Source: Octopus vulgaris
Taxonomy: Eukaryota
Assembly: GCA_951406725.2 (NCBI GenBank)
Contig: OX597818.1
Location: forward strand, 120,032,001-120,096,000
DNA length: 64,000 nt
Direction of reading: 5' to 3'
Shown: one piece after another, positions 38,707-51,759 of the stretch
Numbering within the stretch: the stretch's first letter is position 1
Layout of the letters: the number at the start of each line of letters is the position of its first letter
Translations under genes and position numbers: made by a program
The notes under the pieces: model-generated
Database searches by the model: none
What the model saw: only the letters and a program-made list of their open reading frames with translations
Told to the model about the DNA's origin: nothing

Positions 38707-38876
38707 TACAGTTCTATATTTATGAAATGAGGAATTATGTACATTATTTACATTTGACGGATATTTGTCCTCATCTTATTTGTTGCTAACATGATTTGGC
38801 TGATATACCCTCCATCCTTCATCAGGTGTCTTGGGGAAATTTTGAACCTGGGTTCTCATTCCTAAGTATTTTTTGA

Positions 38877-38914
<38 letters not shown>

Positions 38915-38995
38915 TCACTGCCTGGAATTAAACTCAGAATCTCGGGGTTAGCAGCACGCGCTCTTAACCCCAAGATTCCCAGTTCCAGGCAGTGA

Positions 38996-39052
<57 letters not shown>

Positions 39053-39177
39053 CATCGAAAAATACCTTAGGAATGAGAACCTTGGTTTGAACTTGATAAA
39101 GGCTGGAGGGTATATCAGCCGAAACGTTGTGTCAACAACAAACAAGATGGGGACAAATATCCTTTGAATGTAAATAA
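38707..39177. mobile_element. Same SINE family, inverted pair joined within the tRNA head
   Basis: Minus arm ~38707-38967 and plus arm ~38968-39177; junction gcgctcttaa|ccccaagattcc. Confidence 0.75.
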
Positions 39178-39204
39178 ACTAGAGAGATGTTAGATAGTTT
39201 AATC

Positions 39205-39488
39205 CAGTGGTTCCCAAAGGGGGCAGTATCCTCCCCACCCACGAAGAGAAGCAGTGGAAAGTTCCAAGGGGACATTGAAGAAAAGAGGGGCAATAACGGG
39301 GTAGCGATTCATGTAAAAATTGGGGCAATAATGGGTTCATTTGGTTAAGTTTTATTTGTGAAATACAGTTGCTTTGAATTTGCTTCAGAAAGAGGTCTAT
39401 GCTTGTGATGGTTGGTTGGGGTGTTGGCGCTAGGAGTGTGGCCTGGGCATCAACGGGGCGGCAACCCGAAAATGTTTGGGAACCACTG
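39205..39488. mobile_element. hAT (Charlie-like) MITE
   Basis: TIR CAGTGGTTCCCAAA / TTTGGGAACCACTG; imperfect 8-bp TSD gtttaatc / ctttagtc. Confidence 0.75.
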
Positions 39489-39889
39489 CTTTAGTCAAGT
39501 GCACAGATCCAAATACAGACCACCATCACCACCACCACCACCACCACCACCACCACCACCATCATCATCATCCTCATTTACCATCGATGTTCCATGCTAG
39601 AATGAGTCAGATGGTTTGCCAGAATGGATCAGATCTGATGTGTTAAAGGAGTGTGTCCTCGATGACTCGATATCCTTGCTAAACACCAACCACTCACATA
39701 TGGAAACTGTACAGAAACCCATTGAATGAACTATACCAGTAATTTGACAGCCCAGCCCAGCCCAGCCTTGTCACAAATTCCAGTAGTTAACCGGTACATA
39801 TTTTCATTAGCCCTTGCTGGATTTGAACTCAAAACAAGTTGGAGAGGAGGGACAAAAGTGAGCAACTTAGAAACCATCAGTTATATATT

Positions 39890-39967
39890 TAGTAGCAGTA
39901 GTAGTGGTGGTGGTGGTGGCTGTGATAGTAGTAGTAGTAGTAGTAGTAGTGATGGTGGTGGTTGTGA

Positions 39968-40010
<43 letters not shown>

Positions 40011-40018
40011 GGCTGTGA

Positions 40019-40051
<33 letters not shown>

Positions 40052-40970
40052 TAGTAGTAGTAGTAGTATAGTAGTAGTAGTAGTAGTGGTGGTGGTGGCT
40101 GTGATAGTAGTAGTAGTGGTGGTGGCTGTGATAGTAGTAGTAGTAGTAGCAGTAGTAGTAGTAGTAGTAATAGATGAAATTTATAAGAATAATCAAGATA
40201 AGACAATGTTACAATGGAATCTACAAAGTATTTTTATCCAAATATCTAAATTGTATATATAGGTTGTGATGAGTAAATGATATTGGTGCCTGGTGGTGGT
40301 GAGAATGAGGAAGGTGGCGATGATGTCGTCTGATTGTAGTCATGGTGATGGCAATGGTGTTGTTGCCTGGTGGTGGTGGTGGTGATGTTTGTAGTGACTG
40401 TAGTAATATGGAGAAGGCGGAGATGATGGTGGCGGTGATGGCTGATGGTGGTGGAGAAGATGATGGTGGTAATGGTGATGATGGTGGTGGTGGTGGTGGT
40501 GGTAGTGGCAATGAGGATGGTGATGTTGGGGGTGGTGATGGTGGTGGTAATGGTGGTGGTGGTGATGATGTAGTGGTGGTGATTATTGAGTGGCAGTGAT
40601 GTTGGTAGTGGTGGTGATGACGATGGTGGTAGTGGTGGTGATGATGGTGGTGGTGATGGCAGTGGTGGTGATGGTGGTAATGGTGATGATGGTGGTGGTA
40701 GTGGCAATGATGATGGTGATGATGGGGTGGTGGTGATGATGGCATTGGCAGTGATGTTGGTGGTGGTGGTGATGATGATGGTGGTGGTGGTGATGACGAT
40801 GGTGGTGGTGGTGATGATGATGATGGTGGTGGTGATAGATGATGGCAGTTGTGGTAATGATGATGGTGGTGGTGAAGGTGATGATGGTTGTAGTGAACGC
40901 AGTGGTGGTGGTGATTGTGGTGGTAGTAGCAATGATGATGGTGATGATGGTGATGGTGGGGATAATGATC
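39890..40970. repeat. Compound (TAG)n/(TGG)n/(GAT)n low-complexity tract
   Basis: Direct inspection; source of several spurious ORFs. Confidence 0.9.
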
Positions 40971-41467
40971 AGGTCGGCAGGGTTCCTATGACATTTTAAG
41001 AAGAATGGTACTGCAACCTAAATTTACAAACCTCCCCCACCCCACCCACCTTCCCCACCACCTCGAAAAATATTATTAATATCTGGCAGGAAGCACAATG
41101 CAGAAATAAACTTGTGTGCAAAAACGTTAGGCATTCATTCATTTGTCGCCTGCTACGAAAATTTATGGGGGTGGGTGGAGGGAGAGAGAACGAATCTTCA
41201 GCTCAAGAATCCATTGTTGGGGAAGGATCAAAAAGAACCTTTAAAAAAAAAAAAAAAATGGGTTGATGGTAGAATGGTATCAGAACTGTTGTTGGGCAGG
41301 GGCTGAGGTAAGTAACTTGGCAACCCAGATATTTCCTCCCCCCCTTTGCGAAAAAACTGATGGAAGTAACTATCAACAAATGAAATGCCTTTGATAATTT
41401 GGTAACAGACATTGGTGTTCCTTAATTTGGCAGCGCAAAGAAGCTTTGATGTTTTCAGTTTCTCTGC

Positions 41468-41940
41468 TTAACCCTTTTGTTGCCGTATTTCTGTTGAGAT
41501 GCTCTGAGTTACTTTCAATTAATTTTAAATATAACAAAGAATTTAGTAAACTAACTTAGTTATCATTAAGCTGGAGTTAGGAACATAAATTGTGACTAAG
41601 GTTTGGTAGAAGATTCTAATTCAGAACTTTTGAAAACAAGACATTTGTTCTACAGAGCCAGAGGTGGTTTCAGACGGGTTGATATCAAAAGGGTTAAATT
41701 ATTCATTTGTTAACCCTTTTGTCATTGTATCTATTTTGAGATGCTCTGTGTGTCTTTCACTTAATTTTAAATATAACAAAGAATTTAGTGAAATAACTTA
41801 GTCATCATTCAGCTAGTGTTAGGAACATAAATTGTGACTAATGTTTGGTGGAAGATTTTTAATTCAAAACTTATGGAAACAAGACATTCGTACTACAGAG
41901 CCAGAGGTGGTTTCAACCACGTTGGTATCGAAAGGGTTAA
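41468..41940. mobile_element. Two adjacent ~230-bp piggyBac-type MITEs
   Basis: TTAA|CCCTTT...AAAGGG|TTAA termini (41468-41697, 41710-41940); same family at 16063-16292, 37018-37231, 37243-37763, 45922-46152 and 46176-46385. Confidence 0.8.
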
Positions 41941-44900
41941 ATGCTGCAGAGTTTTAACTTTAGAAGAACAAAGAGTTTTGAATATTTGATGTTATCCACT
42001 AGTTATACTTCTTGAACTGTGAAGACACAAGACTTAGTGGTTAGCGTGTTCAGTTCACAATCATATATATATATATGAACATTTGCCTTGTCTCATTCTG
42101 TCATGCTGAATCTCCCTCAGAACTACGTTAAGGGTACACATGTCTGTGGAGTGCTCAGCCATTTGCAGGTTAATTTCATGAGCAGGCTGTTCCATTGATT
42201 GGATTAACTGGTCAATACTCGTTATTATAAGCAACAGAGTGCAAGTTATGTTATACTTCTTGAATTATTGCTTTTAAAATAACCCATTAGTGTTTGTGGT
42301 TTGATAATTCTTAAATGCATAGGAGCCACACTGTGTGTGAAGAATTCAGTCTTGTAATGGTAAGAAGCTGCACATTAAATCATAGCTCCTATCAAGGTAT
42401 TATTCCACAGATATGAGCTATGCTCTTTTTATTACTAGTCTGAGATGAAAGAAGAATAAGTTTTATTTTGGTTTGTTTATGATGATTTTATAATTAAGAA
42501 ATAAATGGTAGCTACTTCTTGAAGGAAATATAATGAAAAAGAGGTATGAAGAAGAAATATGAATGAATGCTTAAAAAAATGGGTTGATGCTGAGGAACTT
42601 TTAATGAAACCGGTAGCTGAAGGACAGTAAATGAGACACTATGTTTAGTATCTTTACATTAAGGAGTGGAATGTATGGTTTTCAGTAATTCAGATTGCCT
42701 CATGGCCCCAGCAGACAAAATGGTTAAAGCATTGCCCTAAAGGATGGCAAGAGAGAGAGAGAGAGATGCACAAGAACAGCCTCTCTTACTCAGCCAAATA
42801 ACCACGAATATTTCAAAAACTCATACATCTATAGATTTTAGCAAGGAGAGGAAAAAAAAACCTGAAAAAAATTTCATCAAATTATTTAAAAGCTAATAAA
42901 ACTGCTTTTTGTTAGATTTTGGTTAAAACTTATTGAGAAAATTGGGGGAAAAAAAAAACAGAATATACATGGCTCTGTGAAAGAATCTCATCAGCTATTG
43001 TACAAGGCAATGCAGCCAGCAGTCTCTCTTGTCTCAGCTCATCTATTTTCAAGTGAACTATTTTCTGTTTTATTTCTTTGTATATATATTTTATACGAAC
43101 TATCAATATGTAACTGCCAACAAGATATAAGACATTGTGAATAATGCATACAAACAGACAGGATTTTAATGTAATTTGACATTTTTTTTGTTGGTCTGAC
43201 AATAAGCTGTGATAAATGTCTATAGTTAATTCTTGGTTCTCAATAAGGTGGTGAGCTGGTAGAATTGTAAGTACACTGGGCAAGCGCTTAGCAGCATTTC
43301 ACCTGTCTTTAACTTTCTTCCATCAAACAAGGCCACCAGCAAAGGCTATAGTAGAAGATACTTGCCCAAGGTGCCATGCAGTGGGACTGAACCCGGAACC
43401 ATGTGGTTGGTAAGCAAGCTACTTACCACACAGCCACTCCTGCGTCTCTGCTGACTCTTTCACCACAACTTTCTCTCACCCTTTTCTCCTGCATCTAGCA
43501 GCTCACTTGTGACAGACCCGGAAACCAAAACTGGGAAACCAGCTCTTATGAACCAGGCATAGCTTGAGAAGGAACAAACAAACAACAACAATGCTATGTA
43601 GAAGCCTTGTGTATATTCTTTTATTCATTCTTTTATTTTATTCATCAAAACTACATGGTTCAGAGCTGAACTCCATAGCAAGGTACCTTAGGCAGGTGTC
43701 TTTTACTCTTGCCTAATGCTTTGTGGTAGAGGCACATGGCCTAGTGGTTAGAGCAGTGAACTCATGGTTGAGGGATTGCGTATTTGAATCTCAGAGCAGG
43801 CGATGTGTGTGTTTATGAGTGAAGCAGCTAAGCCCCACGTGGCTCTGGCAGAAGGTAATGGTGAACCTCTCTTTACTTGTTTCAGCCAGTTGACTGTGGC
43901 CATGCTGGAGCACCACCTTTAGTCGAGCAAATTGATCCCAGGACTTATTTTTTGTAAGCCTAGTACTTATTCTATCGGTCTCTTTTGCCGAACCGCTAAG
44001 TTACGGGGACGTAAACACACCAGCATCGGTTGTCAAGCGATGTTGGGGGGACAAACACGGACACACAAACACAGACACACAAACACATACACACACATAT
44101 ATATATACATATATATGACGGGCTTCTTTCAGTTTCTGTCTACCAAATCCACTCAGAAGGCTTTGGTTGGCCTGAGGCTATAGTAGAAGACACTTCCTCA
44201 AGGTGCTCTTAGCCATCTCTTCATTTCAAATACAAACCCTGCATTCAATACATTTCATGCAGTCCTTTCTCCTTGGGACTGGCCCCTTCTGGAGTTCTCA
44301 TCTTTTCATCCCTAACCACAAACTTGCAATGATTTAAACTGAAGATAAATCAAATTGATGTAACCCTAATCTTAACCTTAACCTTATGATCTATATCTTC
44401 CATTTATGATATAGTTTTCCTCCTACAGACTGAGATGAAATAAATATGTCGGCCAATTATATATATCTGTCTTCAATTTCAGCCAATAATTGCCTTTCAT
44501 ATAAAACAAGATTGTTTTTAATAATTTGCTACTATGGAGTTTTTTCTTCCATTTTTTTTTTATTTATCATTGTCATGTCATAAAAAAACAAACGAATTCC
44601 TAATGAACTGGAAAAGCTTGTTATCAAACAGAATTATTCACGACCATAAATGATGATCGTATATTTTTTTTTTAACATCGACAAAAAAAGAAAAAAGAAA
44701 TCGTTTTCATCCTTGTCTGTCTTGATATTGAATTTGTGACAGTAAAATGCTCTTTTCATGAAATGGAAAAAAAATAAATGGTTGCTTGCTTCATATTTTA
44801 TTGACCCTGGTAAGATGAAAATCAAAAGTGGTTCCCGTCAGATTTGAATCCAGAAAATTAAAGATCAATACCGAGTATTATATAATTTGCAAATTTGGGT

Positions 44901-46933
44901 CAGTCCTTGGGTCAGGAGCAAAGTTTAGTGAGTAAGCTGTAAGGCTTTCAATTGTAAAGTCTTGGGTTCAAGTCTTCGATCAGGCAGCACGTTAGATCAA
45001 ATTGCAGGGGACACAGCAAGGAATACATGCACAGAGTTTGGGAGCCGTCCTAAGGCTGTGGTGAAAGCTTCTTTGCATAAACTGTTATCCCCCAGTGATA
45101 ACCTAGTCAATATTTTTTGATTTTTTAAAAAATTACTTTTATTCTTAGATAGGATATTGTATTTCTTTCTTCCTTTTACATAAACTGTGAAATTTAGCTC
45201 AAACACCCTGTATGTTAGCATTGAATTGAAACAGTTAGATAAAGCATGGTACAAAATATCAAGTCATACTTGTTTGTGAGTGATAACTGGTTCTTTATTT
45301 ATGCTCACAGGGCTTAATGACCCAAAGGTCAGAGTAAAAGAGACATGACTATGTGTTGAACTCTGCAGCATATAGTTCTAAAACAAATTTCACGACCATG
45401 CAATTATTTATTAAATAAATACTTTCAGTCTTTAGAAACATAACTTATCAAAAGTTTTATGACCGGATGCTCCAATTTAAATATAAACACTGTAGAATAG
45501 ACACATTGATTCACAGAACTGGTGGAGGTGGTGATGGTACCAGTGGTGTCAGGCTGGTTGGTAAGCGAAGAGTTAAAGTTTATACTTGGGAGTAACACTA
45601 ACTGCACAGAGGAGATAAAACTACAAGAGAGTAAGTGTTTCAAGTTGTGGAACTCATACAGTTGCATGGAACTTTATAAAACATATTTTGAATGCCAACA
45701 AATACTGCTTGAGACACAAAAATCTGATGAGTTCAAACACACACACACATACACATTTTGCATGGTTATATAATTGGACAGAGGCCTCATTCCTCATCAG
45801 TCTCATCTGAGCTTCAATATGATCCTTGTTGCTCTTCTATTGCTACACAATAAATCAAAAATGTGCAAGAGCTTCTATGAAATTGTTTGACCTGGTAAAT
45901 AAATACAGCAGTCAAGTCCACCTTAATCCCTTTGATAACAACCTGGCTGAAACTGCCTCTGGTCCTGTGGTACAAATGTCTTGTTTACATAAGTTTTGAA
46001 TTAAAATCTTCCACCAAACCTCAGTCACAATTTATGTTCCTAACACTAACTTAATGATAACTAAGTTATTTTGCTAAATTCTTTGTTATATTTAAAATTA
46101 ATTGAAAGAAACACAGAGCATCTCAACAGAAATATGGTCACAAAAGGGTTAAAATATATAATAGAGAAATAATTCTTAACCCTTTCATTACCAACCCGGC
46201 TGAAACCACCTGTGGCTCTGAGTACAAATGTCTTGTTTTCATAAGTTTTGAATTAAAATTTTCCACCAAACCTTAGTCACAATTTATGTTCCTAACACTA
46301 GCTGAATGATAACAAAGTTATTTTACTAAATTCTTTGTTATATTTAAAATTGATAGAAAGAAACACAAAGCATCTCAACAGAAATACAGTTTAAGACACC
46401 CTACTGTCTTAAACAAAAGAAGAACACATTAGTTAATATTATCTCCAATGTGTGATACCTGAAGCAATAAGGGTAGGTCACGGAAGTGAAGGATATGGCA
46501 ATACAAGTGCTGGAGGGTTAAAAGTGTAGCTTTAATTAAATAATATAATTTTAACCCCGATGTTCAAGTGATTCAGAAAATCTACCACAGCTTAAGGCAG
46601 TTAATTAATTGATTAATAATGCACTATAAAGTGCTTATTGGATAATTTGAACTGTAATATAGGATGTAACCTTTAGGCAAAAGACATGGGTGTGTAAGCA
46701 CAGGTGTGGCAGTGTGACTCAGAAGTTTGCTTCCCGACTATGTGGGCTTGGGTTCATTCCCATCATGAGCTACTTTGGGCAAGTGTCTTTGGTAGAAGGA
46801 AACTGAAAGAAGACCACTGTATGTATGTGTATGGATATATATATATATAGATATATATATTCATACACATAGACCACGTGTGCATCGTTGGTGATTTTCT
46901 TTCTCCATCTTCCCTTCTTTGGACTTTTTCAAT

Positions 46934-46968
46934 ATTTCCGATGAAGAGCTCCACTCGAAATGTGAAAT
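46934..46968 (+). ncRNA. Degenerate hammerhead-like motif (CCGAUGA core)
   Basis: attt CCGATGA a gag ctcca ctc GAAA tgt g aaat. Confidence 0.4.
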
Positions 46969-47064
46969 CCTCTTTCTTTTCTTTCCTTTCCTGAGCGTCC
47001 AATAACACTATACTTATCCCAAGTCCTCGCATTGTTGATTTTTCTTGCTTGTTCATGTTTAGAT

Positions 47065-47119
<55 letters not shown>

Positions 47120-47544
47120 AATATATATATATATATATTTAAAAGTGTAGGTGGCATATGAGTGCCATATATTTATAAATATATATATATATATATATAT
47201 AGTAAATTGTTCTGTGTAAAAAGGTCAACAAGAATAGTACTCTGTCCTGTCTAAGGAGAGTCCAGTATTAATGCATGCGTTTCACTCCATATGTATTACA
47301 CACGCTACTAAATGTTTCACGTACATGACATGTACATTGTCATGTACATGTAACTATTAATAGCATGTGTAATACATATGGAGTGAAATGCATACATTGA
47401 TATATATATGGCAAAAATATGAAATTTGGTATTATTTATTCTTAGTTTTGACTGATATACAGCACCAACCGAAACTACATATTGGATTGTAATAATGGAA
47501 TAAGCAGATAAGCTTCAAGAGGAAATGGCTGGGATTTACTCCAG

Positions 47545-47589
<45 letters not shown>

Positions 47590-47746
47590 CACACACACAC
47601 ACGCACACACACACACACACATATGTATGTATGTATTATTTTGTATAATATTGTATAATACTTTTGCTATAATGATTCTAATATATTCTTTTATCTTGTA
47701 AAACAAATCTGTGTTTTTTCATCATTTTTCTTTCATTGTATATATG

Positions 47747-47790
<44 letters not shown>

Positions 47791-48221
47791 GGCACTCTGT
47801 TGGTTATGATGACGAGGATTCCAGTTGATCCGATCAACAGAACAACCTGCTCATGAAATTAATGTGCAAGTGGCCAAGCACTCCACAGACACGTGTACTC
47901 AACGTAGTTCTCGGGGAGATTCAGCATGACATGGAGTGTGACATGGAAATTGAAACTGTGATCCTATGACCACGAGTCTGCTGCCCTAACAACTGAGCCA
48001 TTGTGCCTCCACACACACACACACACACATACATACACACACATAAATAAATATATATATATATACACACAAGGGTGTGTATAATTGTGTATAGAAGAAT
48101 ATATTACTCAAAGAAATTCCAACTTTGTCTGATTTTCATGTTTTATTTACAATCTTATAATAATATAATATAAGATAATATAATATAATGAAATGATAGA
48201 ATATTAAATGTCCATTTTGAT

Positions 48222-48266
48222 TGAACTAGTACTTTCATGCATTAAACTATGCAATCTTCAGGTTCA
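48222..48266 (-). ncRNA. Minimal type-I hammerhead ribozyme
   Basis: tgaac CTGAAGA t tgcat agttta atgca t GAAA gtac T A gttca: helix I tgaac/gttca, helix II tgcat/atgca, palindromic helix III AGTACT. Confidence 0.75.
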
Positions 48267-48851
48267 TGTATTAATGGTGACGGTTATGTTTTACAATTTA
48301 CAACTGTTTCAAATTTTGGCATAAGGCCAGGAGACTGCTGGTCTTATGCCAAATATGTGAATTACATCAACTCCAGTATTTAACCGGTACTTATTTTATT
48401 ATATCAACCCCAAAGGGCTGAAAGGCAAAGTAGACCTCAGTAGAATTTAAATTCAGGGTACAAAGAGCCAAAAGAAATTCCACAAGGCCTTGTGTTTGAT
48501 GTGTTAATGATTCTGCCAGGCTGCCATCTTTGATAACCCTTTCATGAATGCGATACAGTTTTAGCTTCACTTTGAAATGTAAATAAATGTAAATAAATGT
48601 AAACAAATGCAAATAGTTTCTGTCCACCGCGTGATAAAAATAATTGTTTACATTTTATAGCAAAGCTAAAATTGTTTTGTACCATTAAAAGTTTACATTA
48701 CATTTCATATTAAATAATTGCCTGTCCTGTCTAAGACTAGGAAATAAAAAATTGTTTCTGACATAAGCAGAAAGCTTCGTTATAGGAGAATGAAGTCTGG
48801 TTGATTATAATGGTCCCAGTTCTTATCTAATACTATGATTTATTGTTCCCA

Positions 48852-48891
<40 letters not shown>

Positions 48892-49816
48892 GTTTAACGT
48901 CTGACTTCCATACTGGCATGGGTTGGATGGTTTCACAGGAGCTGAACAAGCAGGAGCCTGACCAGACTTCTGTGTCAGTTCTGGCATGGGTTTTACAGCT
49001 GGATGTCCTTCCTAACACCAACCACCCAGCAGAGTGGACACAGTGCTTTTTACGTGGCACAAACACAGGTGAGGTCAGTTTTGGCACAGGTTTCACAACT
49101 GGATGTCCAACCACCCAGCAGAGTGCTTTTTACGTGGCACAAGCACAGGTGAGGTCAGTTTTGGCACAGGTTTTATAGCTGGATATAATACATTGAATTA
49201 AACAATTCTATAATACTCCAGGCACAAGGCCTGAAATTTTATGGGGAGATGGCTAGTTTATCACATTGACCCTAGTCGTCAGCTCATACTTATTTCATTG
49301 ACCTCGGAAGGATGACAAGCAAAGTTGACCCCAATGGAATTTCAAATGAGAAGATAAAGCCAGACCAAATGTTATTAAGCACTTTCTCTGGCATCCTAAC
49401 AATACTGCCCCCAGCTCATTTCTTTATATATAGATTACATAATCTTTTCTACTATAGGCACAAGGGGTGGGCCTGGTTGACATCAACCTCAGTTTTTGAC
49501 AAGAATTTATTTCATAGACCCTCAGAAAGATACAAGGCAGTTGGCCTTGGTGGAATTTGAACTCACAGCATAAATATGGACAGAATGCCGCTAAGCATTC
49601 TCTCCAGTGTCCTAACATGGCTTAGTAGTTAGAGTAGCGGACATGCAGTTGATGGATTGTGGGTTCAAATCTCAGACCAGGCAATGAGTGTGTTTATGAG
49701 TGAAACATCTTTAGGTATTTTTCACCTATATACATGTATATTGATATACATATATATTGCATGTATATATGTATATATACATTTTCTATTTTCACTCCGT
49801 GTTTATTTCTGTGTTC

Positions 49817-49852
49817 CTTTCTGTTGAAGAGCGTAGGCTCGAAACGTAAAAG
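49817..49852 (+). ncRNA. Hammerhead-like motif with variant core CUGUUGA (second copy at 52987-53022)
   Basis: cttt CTGTTGA a gagc gtag gctc GAAA C GT A aaag; part of a ~150-bp repeat present at ~49790-49940 and ~52960-53112. Confidence 0.6.
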
Positions 49853-50885
49853 ACTTTATCACTTCCCGAGCGTTAAACTAATACATCTGTTTGTTGTCTA
49901 CACACCCGTCTTCTTTTGTTTTTTTTTGTAATTTCTCACTGTATATGTATGTATGTGTGCATGTATGTATGTCTGTATGTATGTATATATATATATATAT
50001 AATACATACATACACACACACACACATATATGTATACACACACACACACACATATATCAAATTACATCCGCAACTGAAAGAGCTACTAACAGTTTCAGGC
50101 TATTACAATGCTTGAACATACATGTATCTTAAGATACACAGCATTATGCCATAATGCCATACACAGCATTATACCATATATCCTAAAGAAATCCTTCAGG
50201 CTCTGTTTGTGCTTTATTTATAATTTTTAAAAAGAAGGATGCTGGTCAGTAAGAAAATAAGAAAAAAAACCCAGAAAAAACATGAAGAAGTTTGGTACAA
50301 AAAAATGGAATGAGAAAATATATATGTGTGTGTGTGTGTGTACATGTTACAGTCTCCATGTCATGATATCATGTAATAGTTGTAAAATGAATGTCACTAT
50401 CATGTGAGTGCTCTTTCTTCATTTCCTATATGCTGTTAAAACATGTCTGGTCATGGAGGAAATATTATCTTACTTGGAATCAGGTGGAAGTTGGCGACAT
50501 GACAGGAAGGATATCTGGCCACAGAAAATCTGTCTCAACGAAATGCAAAAGCTAAAGCCCAAATATTCCATCTGACCCATGCATGTATAGAAAAATGGAT
50601 GTAAAAACCAATGGTGGTGATGGGGATGATGATGATGATGATATATTGAATTCTGAGCACTGAGAACAGTGTGGTGGATTTAATATACAATGGAATGAAA
50701 TAATGGTTTTTTTTTTTGAAGTGAAGGAGTGGCTGTGTGGTAAGTAGCTTGCTTACCAACCATATAGTTCCATGTTCAGTCCCACTGCGTGGCACCTTGG
50801 GCAAGTGTCTTCTACTATAGCCTCGGGCTGACCAAAGCCTTGTGAGTGGACTTGGTAGACAGAAACTGAAAAGAAGCCTGTCGTA

Positions 50886-50940
<55 letters not shown>

Positions 50941-51703
50941 GTGTGTATATGTTTGTGTGTCTGTGTTTGTCCCCCCAACATCGCTTGACAACCAATGCTG
51001 GTGTGTTTACATCCCTGGAACTTAGCGGTTCAGCAAAATAGACCGATAGAATAAGTACTAGGCTTCCAAAGAATAAGTCCTGGGATTGATTTGCTCGACT
51101 AAAGGCGGTGCTCCAGCATGACCACAGTCACATGACTGAAACAAGTAAAAGAGTAAAAGAGAGTAAAGAGTACTGTAACTGCAAAAAAGACAGATATGGC
51201 TGAGAATGACGTATATGTGTGAACATGATAAAAACTAAAATAAACAACAACAACAGCAGCAGAGTATTGAAAGTGTATCATGAAAGGGATAAAGAAACAC
51301 GTGTGAGATGAGAGAGAGAGAGCAACTCATGATTAAAAGCATCAATCAGTGTTTACAAGGGAAATGACCAGAATGACATTTGTTTAAAACAAGTTAATTA
51401 GAATAGGAGGAGCATTGCTCATAATCTTTGCAGAATCTCTCTCACACTGGTCTGATTGATCTAGTTGGTGTTATCCTAAACGGCTGCAGTAAGAATCATC
51501 ATCATTATCATCATCGTTTAACATCTGCTTTCCATGCTAGCATGGGTTAGATGATTTTACTGAGGACTGGCAAACCAGAGGGCTGCACCAGGCTCCAATC
51601 TTGTCACTTAGCCAAACTGCTAAGTGACAAGGATGTAAACACACCAACATCAATTGTCAAACGATGGTGGAAGGGACAAATTCTGACACAAACAACAAAT
51701 GCA

Positions 51704-51759
<56 letters not shown>

